NCBI GenBank assembly: GCA_964016885.1 | Contig: OZ024742.1 | Coordinates: 289,292,001 to 289,356,000, forward strand | Direction: 5' to 3' | Source of the DNA: Eledone cirrhosa | Lineage: Eukaryota | Length of the DNA stretch: 64,000 bases | Shown: positions 1-12,471 of the stretch, piece after piece | How positions within the stretch are numbered: position 1 is the first letter of the stretch | Layout of the letters: each line of letters opens with the position of its first letter | Notes under the pieces: model-generated | Seen by the model: only the letters and a program-made list of their open reading frames with translations | What the model was told of the DNA's origin: nothing | Database searches by the model: none | Position numbers and translations under genes: made by a program

Positions 1-561
1 ACAGATAATAAAGATAAAGGGTAAAGAATAAAATAAAATAAAATTATATAAAATAAAATACAATGAAATAAAATAAAATAAAGTAAAGTGAGATAAGATA
101 TATATTTTTTGAATATATCTCTTGAATATATCAGGGGCACACGAACGCCTTAAGTGTTACAGTTAGCCATATCACAACAATCAAATGTTCAAATGAGATT
201 TATAATCAACAGGTGCTATGTCCACACTCGATTGAGTTGACCATTGCCATGCAATGGAGACATCCCAGGTTGGGCAGTCATAGAAGTTCACACTCGAAAG
301 TCACGGGTGTGCATTCACACAGTTGAGCGGTGGGGCAATCACAACTGTGACTGATAGCACCTCTTATTTTTCAATGCTTATTTTTCAATGTTTATTTTTT
401 ATTTCTTCAATGTTTATTTTTTACTTTTCACTATTCTTTATCCTCCAATTTTATTTTCTACACTCTATTTACTCTACTCTTTAAACTCCTTCCAACTTAT
501 GGCATCCCCATATATATTCTTCTGTCTTGGCTTTGTTATTGCTTGTGTAATATGTAATCAC

Positions 562-621
562 TCTTTATGCTCTGATGAGTCCCACTTATAGTGTGGACGA
601 AACACTGTTAGCAAGTAAAGA
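562..621 (+). ncRNA. Type I hammerhead ribozyme motif (Penelope-like element terminal repeat type)
   Basis: CTGATGA at 572-578; stem II GTCCCAC-ttata-GTGTGGAC; GAAAC at 599-603; short stem III AC-act-GT; GTT cleavage triplet; stem I TCTTTA-TGCT pairs with AGCA-ag-TAAAGA. Followed by (TA)n. Confidence 0.75.
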
Positions 622-679
622 TATACCTATGCTCTAAGCGTTCTTTGTTGTTAATTATATATATACATATATATATATA

Positions 680-1240
680 AGTTATTCCGGGTTGAATCGG
701 AGGTTACCACAGTAAGTAAGGTACTCAATACATAGCAGAGTATAAAAGTTTTAATATAGAAGAGCTTCTACAGGACTAGAGCGTTTCATTCGTGAGAGAT
801 CATCAAGCAGCTGGCTGTCCAAATAAGTAGTGGTATTTATATCTTTTCTTTTCTGGTCGTAGGAGAGGGTGGGGATTGGGATGGGTGGAGGTCATTGGTT
901 GAAGGATTTAAAGAAAAGGGAGTTCATTAAAATCTAATTCTTTAAAGCTATAATATTAACAAAGGCAGAAAGAATATTATACTGTAAACAAATTAAAATT
1001 TGGAATCCCAATCCTTGTTTATCACCTAGACTCACAATGCCTGTAAGACATTTTAATGAACTCCCTTTTCTTTAAATCCTTCAACCAATGACCTCCACCC
1101 ATCCCAATCTCCACCCTCTCCTACCACCAGAAAAGAAAAGATATAAATACCACCACTTACTTGGACAGCCAGTTTCCTGATGATTTCTTACGAATGAAAC
1201 AGTTCTAGTCCTGTAGAAGCTCTTCTATATTAAAACTATA
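680..1240. mobile_element. Fold-back Penelope-like remnant in (TA)n; inverted arms ~747-933 and ~1050-1237
   Basis: ~187-bp imperfect inverted arms, 116-bp spacer, extra unique tail on the left, (TA)n on both sides, hammerhead motif in the arms. Confidence 0.75.
1171..1221 (+). ncRNA. Type I hammerhead ribozyme motif
   Basis: Stem I AGTTTC/GAAGCT; CTGATGA 1177-1183; stem II tTTC-ttac-GAAt; GAAA; stem III ACAG-ttctagtc-CTGT; GTA triplet 1213-1215. A degenerate mirror copy lies on the - strand at ~763-813. Confidence 0.7.
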
Positions 1241-1306
1241 TATATATATATAGGTCATTCCAGTGAAATTCACCAGGGATCCGTCCCAGAGGTCTTTATA
1301 TATATG

Positions 1307-1344
<38 letters not shown>

Positions 1345-1659
1345 TATATTGACAAGATTATAGGGAATATTTGCCATAAACCAGTTTGCTCACAAATTAC
1401 TCACTCAATGAGATATTGTTTGAATGTATATTGAGTAAAACTTGTCTCAGAGTGCAAACCAAGTGTATATTCATAATTCACATATACAAACATGCATGAA
1501 TATATATATATATATACACACATATACTTTCATATCCACACATATATACATACCTACGTCCATCCATCTCTCTGTATCTTTGTTTCTCAGCAACTCAACT
1601 ATACATACTATCTTACTTACTACCTACCAGCCACAGCTACTCATGCGTGTGTGTGTCCC

Positions 1660-1692
<33 letters not shown>

Positions 1693-1693
<1 letters not shown>

Positions 1694-3182
1694 CATCATC
1701 ATCTTCGTTTTCCACGCTAGCATGGGTTAGACGGGAGTTGTCCCTCTTGAGGCAAGGTTTGGTCGGGTGACCGTGTCTCGCTCATATAGGACTATTTGGC
1801 AGGTTTTCTATGGCTGGATGCCCTTTCTAACACCAACCACATTTAGAGTGTGGAACTGGGAGGTTTTTACCGTGTTACCTACACGGCCACATTACAGCGT
1901 GGACTGTGTGTGTTTTTTGTCGTGACACCTACATGATCTCGATCTCATTATCTCGTGCTGTTAGTGGGAGGATAGGGTAGGGGTAGTGGATTGGTGTGTA
2001 TATTTGGTTAAGAGGTGCCTACTGACTGTAGGTTTCACTTTGTACATAGGCAAGGCGGTTCTTCTGTATTACTGCGTAGCGCCAAAGATCTCGGTCCAGA
2101 GACATTGTCTTAGAGAGATGTAAGTGTGTAAGGTCGGAATTTACCAAATCGTCCCAGGTTCTTCTGGCTCTACTTACTCCGTAACTACCATCAATTTTGA
2201 TCGCCCTGCACTTTTTTATGCAGCTGTCGTCTTCATACACATCATGTGACCATACCAACGTAGTCTTCTCTCAAGTAAACAGCATCTGATCCCTCTTATT
2301 CCTAATTTCTCACTTAGTTCATTTATGCTTTGCCGTTCACGTATATTACTATTACACATCCAACGGAGATGCATGCTTCATTCCTTTCCAGTCTACACAG
2401 GTCCTCTGCACGTAATGCCCATGTCTCACTGCCATGTAGCATTGCTGTTCGTATACAGGCATCATACAATCTGCCTTTCATTTTTAGAGAGAAACCTTTT
2501 GTGGCCAACAGTGGTATAAGCTCTCTGAACTTTTTCCATCCCGTTCTGACTCTGGCTACTGTACTTTCAGAATACCCTCCACCACTGCTGATTTCATCAC
2601 CCAGGTAACAGAAAGTGTCTACTATTTCTATAGAACCATCTGGGCAATAGAAGGAGCTAGTATCCTTTGGACACTTGCTACTTATTGCACCTGAGCATTG
2701 GCCACATATAAAATCTACGTTCTTAGATAGTTTACCTGTGATCCCACTACATCTTTTATGTACCCATACTTTGCATTTGGGACATAAAATGGAATTTCTG
2801 CCTACTCCTTTCCTACACACTTAGCATGGCCATTTTCCTGAGGGCACCTGTGCCCTATTTTCCTTTCTACAAACTAGAACTTTAGTCTTAGACAAGTTAA
2901 CTTTAAGGCCTTTTGATTCTAGGCCATGCTTCCATGTTTGGAATTTTTTCTCTAGTTCAGTCATTGATTCAGCTATGAGCATTAGATCATCTGCTTATAG
3001 GAGTTCCCATGGGCAGCCAGTCTTGAACTCCTTTGTTATAGCCTGAAGGGCAATAATAAATAAGAGGGGGCTAAGGACAGAGCCTTGATGAACGCCAACT
3101 TTTACACTAAATTCTTCACAATATTCATTGTTAATTCTAACCTTACTGACTGTTTCAATATACATAGCTTGTATAGCTCTCA
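1693..3182 (-). mobile_element. RTE-clade LINE, 5'-truncated and degenerate (RT C-terminal half, PHD finger, 3'UTR, (GAT)n tail)
   Basis: ORFs 2323-2820 and 2019-2258 match the RTE at 4916-6136 (MLHGSETW, FCYLG); (CAT)n tail abuts (TA)n. Confidence 0.9.
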
Positions 3183-3279
3183 GTGGTAGAACACTGGAAG
3201 GTAATATCCGTAGTGGTAGAGCACTCAGTCCATGGGACTAGATAATTATTATATAATATATATATATATATATATAAAT

Positions 3280-3442
3280 AATAATAAATTTGAAGACTAA
3301 AATCCAAAGAGGGCTCGATAAGGATAAATATATATCAAATATATAAGAACTGTAGAGCAAATATTTATTAAAATAACAGATTAAAGTTTAAGCAAAGAAT
3401 CGCTGCTTTCACCCTTAACGGGATCTTACGGAAATACTTCAT
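3280..3442 (-). mobile_element. (TA)n-embedded short repeat family with degenerate hammerhead fold (copies at 18540-18610 and 57505-57800)
   Basis: Shared AAGGGTGAAAGCAGCGATTCTTTGCTTAAACTTTAATCTGTTATTTTAAT (all three copies) and TGAAGACTAAAATCCAAAGAGGGCTCG (this copy and 57505-57800); all flanked by (TA)n. Confidence 0.65.
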
Positions 3443-3721
3443 ATATATATATATAGTTAGATAGATACAAACATACACACGCATGCATATACATATATAC
3501 ATACCACATGATACACCACCACCAGGTATAGAAAATATATACTGTATACTGCTACAAATAAACATTCCGTCTGACTGTTATGTAATGTTCTTACTGATTT
3601 ACAATATATACACATTTACATATATAATCATTCTGTAGTATAGTTTCTATACATTCAAAAACATATATAGCTATATGTATTGTCAACGTATTTCAAGAAC
3701 TATATATATATATATATATAT

Positions 3722-6136
3722 GTAGATTATATCCTTACCAGAAGACGTGACAGAGTGTCTGTTGTAAACACTAAATCCCTCCCCCATGAAGAATGCACCT
3801 CCCAACATAGACTGATAATTAGCGACCTCATAGTCAGGATGAGACGTACTCGACAGCAGAAGAGGACTATCCTCAGGAGAAAAATATGGAAGCTAAAGGA
3901 CCCCACAGCCAGGAATAAATTTCAAAGCATATTACTTGATGCTTTCGACAGTAAGGAAGAACATTTAGAGTCGGACAATATAGAGGGAGAGTGGGAATTT
4001 CTGAAAGCAAACCTGCTGTTGGCGACAGACGAAGTCTGTGGCTGGAGCAGGCCTGTAGGCAGGAGGAGAGTAACATGGTGGTGGAACAGTAAGGTGGAGG
4101 GGTCAATTAAGGCCAAAAAGCAGGCTTGGAAAGTATGGCGGGATGGGGGAAGTAGAGAAGACTATCAAGTGGCCAGGAGGGAAGCTAGGAGACAAGTGTA
4201 CTTAGCAAGAAGGGAAGCTGAGGAAAGAAAGTTCAAGCATGTTCTACAACGCGATGACCAAAAACGTGAGGTGTTCAGGATTGCTAGGCAATGCGTCAAG
4301 GAAAACTGTGATATTGTCGGGGAGAAGTGTGTACTAAACGACGATGGCACACTTGCCATCACCGACGCTGATAAGAAGGTAGCTTGGAAGTGTCACTATG
4401 AAAGGCTACTAAATGAGGAGAATAAATGGGAGAAAGACAGTCTCCCCCATATCGACCCAATAGAGGGACCAGCAGTGTTAGTTGAGGGGAGTATAATAAG
4501 TAAGGCAATCAAGGATATGAAGACGGGTAAGGCGGCTGGGCCTTCGGAAATAGTTGCTGAGATGCTGAAGGCATCTGGCACGGTGGGACACACCATGGTC
4601 ACCCGCATAGTTAACCAAGTCGTACAGAATGGGGTTGTTCCGAAGGACTGGCATAGCAGCATCATCGTTAACTGTTATAAGGGTAAAGGAGACGCCCTAG
4701 ATAGGAGTAACTATAGAGGCATTAAATTAATCGACCAGGTCATGAAGGTCACGAAAAAAGTAATAGCGCAACTAATCAGAGAGAGAATTGACCTAGATGA
4801 AATGCAGTTCGGGTTTGTGTCAGGCAAAAGTACCACAGACGCTCTTTTCATAGTATGACAACTACAGGAGAAGTACCTAGCTAAAGGTAAACCCCTCTAC
4901 TTAGCTTTTGTCGACTTGGAGAAAGCCTTCGACAGAGTCCCCCGCTCCATTATCTGGTGGGCTCTTAGAAAACTAGGCGTTGACGAATGGCTTGTGAGGG
5001 CTATACAAGCCATGTATAAAGAAACAGTCAGCAAGGTTAGAATTAACAACGAATATAGTGAAGAGTTTAGCGTAAAAGTTGGCGTCCATCAGGGCTCTGT
5101 TCTCAGCCCCCTACTATTTATTATTGCCCTTCAGGCTATAACAGAGGAGTTCAAGACAGGCTGCCCATGGGAACTCCTATACGCAGACGACCTGACACTC
5201 ATAGCGGAATCAATGGCCGAGCTAGAGAAGAAATTCCAAACATGGAAGCACGGCCTAGAGTCAAAAGGACTTAAAATTAACCTGGCTAAGACCAAAGTAC
5301 TAGTTTGTAGGAAAGAAAACAAGGCGGCGGTCCCTTCTGGGAAATGGTCGTGCTCGGTGTGTAGGAAAGGCGTAGGTAGAAACTCCATTTTATGTCCTAA
5401 ATGCAAAGTATGGGTGCATAAAAGATGTAGTGGGATCACAGGTAAGCTAACTAAGAACATAGATTTTACATGTGGCCGGTGTTCTGGTGCAATAAGTAGC
5501 AGCAAGTGCCCACAAAATACTAGCTCTTTCAATTGCGCAGAGGGTTCTATAGAAATAGTGGACAGCTTCCGTTACCTGGGCGATAAAATCAGCAGTGGGG
5601 GAGGGTGCTCTGAAAGTACTGTAGCTAGAGTCAGAACTGGTTGGAAAAAGTTCAGCGAGCTTATACCACTATTAGCTGCTAAAGGGTTCTCCCTAAAAAT
5701 GAAAGGCAGGTTGTACGATGCCTGCATACGAACAGCAATGCTGCATGGCAGTGAGACCTGGGCATTGTGTGCAGAGGATATACGCAGACTAGAGAGGAAC
5801 GAAGCTTGCATGCTCCGCTGGATGTGTAACAGTAATATACGTGAACGGCAAAGCATAAACGAACTAAGGGAAAAATTAGAGATAAGAGGGATCAGATGTT
5901 GTTTACTCGAGAGAAGGCTACGTTGGTATGGACACGTGATGCGCATGAAAGTCGATAGCTGTATAACAAAGTGCAGGGCAATAAAGATAGACGGTAGTCA
6001 CGGAATAGGCAGACCTAGAAAAACCTGGGACGAGCTGATAAACTCCGACATCACACACTTACACCTCTCCAAGACAATGTCACTGGACCGAGACCTTTGG
6101 CGGTACTCAGTAATAGAGAAGACCCGCCTTACCTAA
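3722..6136 (+). pseudogene. RTE ORF (endonuclease-reverse transcriptase) with a single nonsense mutation
   Basis: Translated ORF track; RT motifs intact. Confidence 0.9.
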
Positions 6137-6524
6137 ATATATAGTAAAACCTACTCCAGCCAGTAGGCATCTTTAACAAAATACACCCCGTCCCACCACC
6201 CCCACCCCCACCCCATCCACACCACCCCGTTCTATGTAAAGTTATGTTGGTGCCGCGCCATCGAGGCCGAAACAAATGAGATCGTGTAGGTGTCACGACA
6301 AAAAACACACAGTCCACGCTGTAATGTGGCCGTGTAGGCAACACGGTAAAAACCTCCCAGACCCACACTGTAAATGTGGTTGGTGTTAGGAAGGGCATCC
6401 AACTGTAGAAAACCTGCCAGACAGTCCTATGCGAGCAAGACAATCACTCTTGCCTCAAGTGGGACTACCCCCGTCCAAACCCATGCAAGCGTGGAACACA
6501 GACGTTAAACGTTGATGATGATGA

Positions 6525-6528
<4 letters not shown>
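3722..6528 (+). mobile_element. RTE-clade LINE, 5'-truncated young copy (end of APE endonuclease, RT, PHD finger, 3'UTR, (GAT)n tail)
   Basis: ORFs 3680-4858 and 4916-6136 are in the same frame, split by one TGA at 4856-4858 (V-R codon in the sister copy). Motifs NYRGIKL, DLEKAFD, GVHQGSVLSPLLF, YADD, RRLRWYGHV. Confidence 0.95.
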
Positions 6529-6610
<82 letters not shown>

Positions 6611-6612
<2 letters not shown>

Positions 6613-6950
6613 TGGCTTAGTGGTTAGAGCATTGGCCTTGCAATCGAAAGGTTGTGAGTTCAATTTTCAGACCAGGTGATGTGTTGTTTCCTTGAGCAAG
6701 ACACTTTATATCACATTGCTCCAGTTTACTCAGCTGTAGAAATGAGATGATAGGGACTGGGGTCCATATCATTCCACTGCAAAGTGGTCGTGTAAGTGCC
6801 ACAGCAAAAAAGCACCCAGCACTCACTGTAAATGAGGTTGGTGTTAGGAAGGGCATCCAGCTGTCGAAATCAAGCCAGAATCAGTTCCCGTCCCACCCTT
6901 GCAAGCAGGGAAAAAGCAGACGTAAAATGAAATGAAATGATGATGATGAT
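6611..6950 (+). mobile_element. tRNA-derived SINE with CORE-like CCTTGAGCAAG block and RTE-derived 3' tail
   Basis: A box TGGCTTAGTGG, B box GAGTTCAATT; tail GTTGGTGTTAGGAAGGGCATCCA...GACGTAAAATGA(TGA)n shared with RTE 3'UTRs. Confidence 0.85.
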
Positions 6951-7219
6951 CATAATTCTATGGTTAGCTATAGTTATTATACATATATATTTTTGAAATA
7001 CATTCTGAGTCCCACCCTTACTAACAATGAAAGGTGACGTCAAAATGATGATGATGATAACTATAGATATTGCTTATATTTTAAAAGCATACTTTTAAAT
7101 ATACATACATATATATGAATATATATATGTATGTAAAAGGTAAACAGAAATAACAACACATGCAGTACAGAATATGGAAGGAATATATTAGGTTAACGCT
7201 TGAAATAGCAGGAAGAGGG

Positions 7220-7255
7220 TCTTAACGTTTCGGATGCTAGTCCTTCATCAGAAGA
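7220..7255 (-). ncRNA. Minimal type I hammerhead ribozyme motif inside a (TA)n-flanked fragment (~7130-7430)
   Basis: Reverse strand TCTT-CTGATGAA-GGA-ctagca-TCC-GAAACGTT-AAGA; palindromic stem III AACGTT as in dimerising Penelope hammerheads. Confidence 0.75.
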
Positions 7256-7439
7256 AAGAATGAGAAATTAGAAAGATTGAAGGGAGAGGCAGGGTGGAAT
7301 TGGAAAAAATGATTTTAGAGAAAAATAACAGGTTCATTCATGTTGTCATCTCTTGGAAAACTGTTGATGCTGGTGTTTTGTGTATGATATATTTTTTTTA
7401 GAAAAGTGGCTGATGGAACGGAACGCGTCTAATATATAT

Positions 7440-7645
7440 ATATAAATGAGCCAGGACCACGACAGCTGAGCTCTTGCCATTTCAACAGCTAGTTCCTGAG
7501 TCTGGAACTAGCTGTTGAAACTGCAAGAGCTCAGCCACCAGGGTCCTGACTCATTTATATAACCATACTCTACTACCCCCAGTATTGGGTACTCTGGTGA
7601 GTAATAGTCTAACCAGTTTCTTACTGAATCCATCTTTATATATAT
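7440..7645 (+). mobile_element. (TA)n-embedded hairpin element (second copy at 56395-56585, opposite orientation)
   Basis: ~115-bp imperfect palindrome (GAGCTC..TTTCAACAGCTAG / CTAGCTGTTGAAA..GAGCTC) plus an ~80-bp unique tail, both shared with the other copy. Confidence 0.7.
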
Positions 7646-8232
7646 GAGAGTAACATGGTGATGGAACAGCAAGGTGGAGGAGATGAGACAAGGGCAAACA
7701 GCAGGCTTGGAAAGAATGGCGGGATGGGGCTAGTAGAGAACACTATCAGGTGGCTAGGTGACAAGTATACTTTGCAAAAAGGGAAGCAGAGGAAAGAAAG
7801 TTCAAGTTCTACAACGCAAGGACCAAAAACTTGGTGTTCAGGATTGAGAGACAATGTGTCAAGGAAAATTGTGATATTGTCGGGGAGAAGTGTGTCCGTA
7901 ATGATGATGGTATACTTGCCCTCACTGATACTGATAAGAAGGTAGCTTGGAAGTGTCACGATGAGAGACTACTAAATGAGGGAATGAATGAGATGAAGAT
8001 AGTCTGCCCCAAATTGATCCAACAGAGGGACCAGTGGTGCAAGTTAATGGTAGTATAGTAATTAAGGCAATCAAAGATATGAAGACAGGCAAGGTAGCTG
8101 GGTTTTTGGAGATAGTTGCTGAAATGTTGAAAGCATCTGGAATGGTGGGACACACTATGGTCACCCGGATAGTAAACCAAGTAATACAGAATGGGGTCAT
8201 ACCAAATGACTGGCTTAGCAGCATAATTGTGG
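7646..8232 (+). mobile_element. Degenerate RTE fragment
   Basis: IKDMKTGK, VNQVIQNGVIPND in frameshifted ORFs. Confidence 0.85.
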
Positions 8233-8704
8233 AAGCAAACCAACACACTCTCAGCATTGCCATAGGTGATAGTGAGGCTAAGGCACTGGAATAACCAAGG
8301 ATCTAATACCTCGGTAAGGTAAGCTGTCAGCGATGACAACCTCATTGTCAGCAGCCAAGCTCCCAACAAACGTCTGGAAAAAATGGCTTACTGATAATTC
8401 CTGATATTTTAGAATTTATTCGATTCAGCTATGGATGCTGTGACCCTCTTCTTTACCACAGCATCCAGGATGTGGGAAGGAGAAAAAGAGTCACCGACTG
8501 TGGTGTCCGAAATAAGACATCTACCTCTTACCCAGGGGCAAAACATAGGCCTCTTCCCATCAACCCATGACAATCCAGCTGGTTCTAGAATTGAGGGGTA
8601 TTGACTTGAGTCAAGGCCAGTTTGATAATTAGGTTTAGCTCAGTATGGTGAAAGAAGCGACCTGTATTTAGACAGAAAGACCCATAGAGTACCACACTGA
8701 GTAA

Positions 8705-9668
8705 GGCCGTTTCCTTAAGGAAATCTGGGCTCTATTTTCCTTTCTAATTACTAGGACTTTGGTCTTTGCCAAGTTGACTTTAAGACATTTAGATTCTAGG
8801 CCTTGCTTCCAGATTTGGAATTTCTTCTAGTTCTGCGATAGATTCAGATATAAGGGTTAGATCATTTACCCACAAGAGTTCCCATAGGCAGCCAGTCTTA
8901 AACTCTTCTGTTATAGCTTGCAGGATGATAATAAACAGGAGAGGGCTAAGAATGGTGCCTTGATGCACTCCTACCTGTGTGCTAAATTCTTCACTATAGC
9001 CGTTATTAATTCTAACCTTGCTGACTGTTCCTCTGTACATGGCTTGTACTGCACTCACAAGCTACTCATCTACTCCTAGTTTTCTAAGAGCCCACAAGAT
9101 AATGGAATGGGGAACTCTGTCAAAAGCTTTCTCCAGGTCAACAAATGCCAAGTAGAGGGGTTAACTTTTAGCTCGGTACTCCTGTAGATGCCTTACAAGG
9201 AAGAGGGCATCTGTGGTACTTTTACCTGGCACAAATCCAAACTGCATCTCATCTCAGTCAATTCGGTCTCTGCCTGGTCCATCAATTTGATGCCTCTATA
9301 GTTTTCTCTGTCTAGACCATTTCCTTTTCCCTTGTAGCAGTTGATGCTGCTGCTATACCTGTCATTGGGTATGACACCATTTTGTATTACTTGGTTTACA
9401 ATACAGGTGGTTAAGGTGTGACTCACCATTCCAGATGCTTTCTGCATCTCCGATAGACCAGCTGTTTTACCTGCCTTCATATCCTTGATTGCCTTACTTC
9501 CTATACTACTGTTGACTTGCACAGCTAGTCCCAATGTTAAGTTTACTTAGGACAGACCATCTTCCTCCTATGTGTTCCTCTCATTCTGGGACTCACTTCT
9601 CTCCGTTAACATCATCATTTTCCCTGACACAGTGCCTTGCAATCCTGAACACATCATACCTTTGGACC
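8705..9668 (-). mobile_element. Degenerate RTE RT fragment
   Basis: ORFs 8789-9058 and 9193-9534 (GVHQGTILSPLLF, NYRGIKL). Confidence 0.85.
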
Positions 9669-10471
9669 TATATATTTCACATGTATATATATAAAAAAGG
9701 AGCCAAGTGTCAGATGAGACTAAGGAATCATTATTTCCATTGCTGATAGTATCTGACAGGTTTTTTTTCTATTGTTGATACTATGTGTTGATTATATCTG
9801 GCAGAAGAAAGTGGCTAATCAGTAAATTAGATCAAGTAAACAATATTTCCATTGGTCTTTCCTTGCTGATATCATCTGTCAGTCACATCTGGTGGAAGAG
9901 GCAAGACTTGAACTCAGAAGGTACAGGAGTGTATCAGATACCATTAACAATTCCACCACCAATCCACTGCTCCTCAACTGCTACTTTATCATCAACCTCT
10001 AAAGTATGAAAGGCAAAATTTATTTCAGCGAGATTTGAACACTGATATCAATGAACCAAAACAAATACAGAGGCATTTAATCTGACACACTAATAACTCT
10101 GCAGATTTATTATTAAACAACACACACAATCTCCACAGAAGCAATATTTGTGGAATGAAAAGACTTTTCTGAACTAAAACTGTATGGTTGAATAACTCCA
10201 GTTTATTGCTGACTTAGAAACATTGTTTGCATCACTGGTTCTCTATTTATAAGAGTGTTAACACACACACACACACACAAAGTAAGGTCTATATACACAA
10301 TATTTATAGACTCTAATACACACAGAACAGCATCATTAGCTCTCTTTGTTACAGTATATTTATATACTGTCTACATACATGCATATGTGTATATATATAT
10401 ACGTATACACACGCATATATATATACATACACAGAACAGCATCATTGGCTTTCTATTTATTAGAATATTAG

Positions 10472-10504
<33 letters not shown>

Positions 10505-11112
10505 CATCATCATTTTTGCGTCCATTTTTCCACACTTGCATGGCTTGGATGGGTCTTTCTCAGTACAGCATTTTCCCACTTGTTGCAGTCCTTTGTCATC
10601 ACCTCTGCGAGTTTCAGTGATTTGAGGTCAGCTCTCACAACATCTGTCCAAGTTTTTCTTGGTCTACTTCTACTGCAGCTTCCTTCCACTGAGATTTCCT
10701 GGCACTTCTTCATCCAACGATCATCATTCATGATATCCGTACCAATGTATGCCACCTCGGATTCCTCTTAACCCTTTAGCATTTAAACCGGCCATATCCA
10801 GCCAGAATTCTCACACTTCTTTCTGTTCAAACTGGCTGTAACTGGCCACTCATACTGATGTTAAGGTATTGTTCTCAAAATAAATAATATCAAAATCTCA
10901 TAGATTCGATATTATGTCAAATATTATGTGAAATAAAGCCTTTGCCGGAGAAAATACAATAGTAAATATAAAGTAATTGCACATTGTACATCCAATGAAG
11001 CATAGTTGCTTCATTTTTATTCAGTCTATGCATGTCTTCTGCAGTCACTGCTCATGTTTCACTACCATGCAGCATTGCACTTTGCACACAGGTGTCATAC
11101 AGTCGTCCTTTT
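10505..11112 (-). mobile_element. RTE 3' fragment interrupted by a MITE
   Basis: ORF 10510-10755 (RPRKTWTDVV), (CAT)n tail; homology resumes at ~10977. Confidence 0.75.
10768..10976 (-). mobile_element. piggyBac-type MITE, one TIR lost
   Basis: TTAA-CCCTTTAGCATTTA terminus; body matches the family at 52103-52318. Confidence 0.8.
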
Positions 11113-11135
11113 GTATGATATATATATATACATAT

Positions 11136-11467
11136 ATCATGCTTGTGGAAAAATGGGTAGACAAGTTAATAGGTGTTGCTGGGGTTAGTGATAGAATTAT
11201 TAAGCTTAGACTGGTTCAGGGTAAGACCACTGCAACAATTATCTCTGCATACACGACTCAGTCATGACTGACTGACAGAAGACCCTTATCCAGACTAGCT
11301 CTTTAACATGTGATAGTGACTTTATAACCACAGCTGGTGATTTCAATGGACATGTTAAGCAATCATTTGATGGCTTCCAATGATGTCCATGGAGGCTTTG
11401 GGTACAAGAAATGAGGAAGGATCGAGGCTCCTGGAGTTTTGTGATGCAAATGGTCTGACTATCTGCA
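11136..11467 (+). mobile_element. RTE endonuclease fragment
   Basis: IMLVEKWVDK...DRIIKLRL...TIISAY, homologous to ORF 41175-41972. Confidence 0.8.
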
Positions 11468-11469
11468 GT

Positions 11470-11650
11470 GAAGGTGCATGGCTTAATGGTTAGAGAGTTG
11501 GATTCGCAATCATGAGGTTGTGAGTTCAATTCCTAGAATAGGTGATGTGTTGTGTCCTTGAGCAAGACACTTTATTTCACATTGCTCTTTCTGTCAGGAG
11601 TTGCGACTGGTAGATAGTATCAGCAATGGAAAGACCAATGTAAACATGTA
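11470..11650 (+). mobile_element. tRNA-derived SINE, partial (same family as 37025-37250)
   Basis: A/B boxes, GTGTCCTTGAGCAAGACAC, GGAGTTGCGAC..GGAAAGACCAATG block. Confidence 0.7.
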
Positions 11651-12471
11651 TACTACAGTATTTGGTTCTTCAGTGACCCTGTAAAGTGTCAGTATATGGT
11701 TCTCTAGTGACCCTGTAAGATTTGGGTATATGGTCCACCAAAGATCTTTCAAAATATCCATTACACACATACTATCCTCTCTCTGCTGCCACATAAACAT
11801 TTATCTCCTTTCTCTCTCAATTGTATTTAGAAAGACAACTTTCAATGTGCTCTCTCTTTCTCCCCCACCCCGCCATCTCTCACATATACTCTCTCATACA
11901 CATATACATGCAATCTGTTTCTCTCAGGCACATATAAGACACTACTATTACTAAGGATAGCCATCAGTAAGATACGATATACAGCAATGACTGGTGTGAT
12001 GTCTAATGCCACGTGCACACACACACACACTCATACACATGCACGTACACACACACACACCACTGTTACTAACGACAGTCACCAGCAAACAGGTTTATTG
12101 TATTATTCTCAAGGTTGCATTTCAAACTAAAGAATTTGAAACTGTATAAACACACCCACCCACTCAAACACACAAACACCTACTCACACACGCACATTGA
12201 TACACACATACTAACACACCCACTGATCTATTCACACATACAGTGATTAACTTAAGTCGCCTATTTATGTATGTGTATGAGAATGTACTGCTCCAGTTTA
12301 GTTATCTCATTACAATGACATTGAAATCCTTTGAACAATTCACAATTCAACTCATTCTCTCTCCTGCTCCTATACTGGACATATTACAAAACTATGAGAA
12401 CACATTTAACCTTTTCACCAACCTGCCTGAAACCTCCTCTGGTTCTACTCTACAAAGCTGCCTGAAACTAC

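Noticed and set aside
211-362. AGGTGCTAT/ATAGCACCT inverted repeat as a MITE
   Set aside because: Only 9 bp, no TSD, no second copy in the window.
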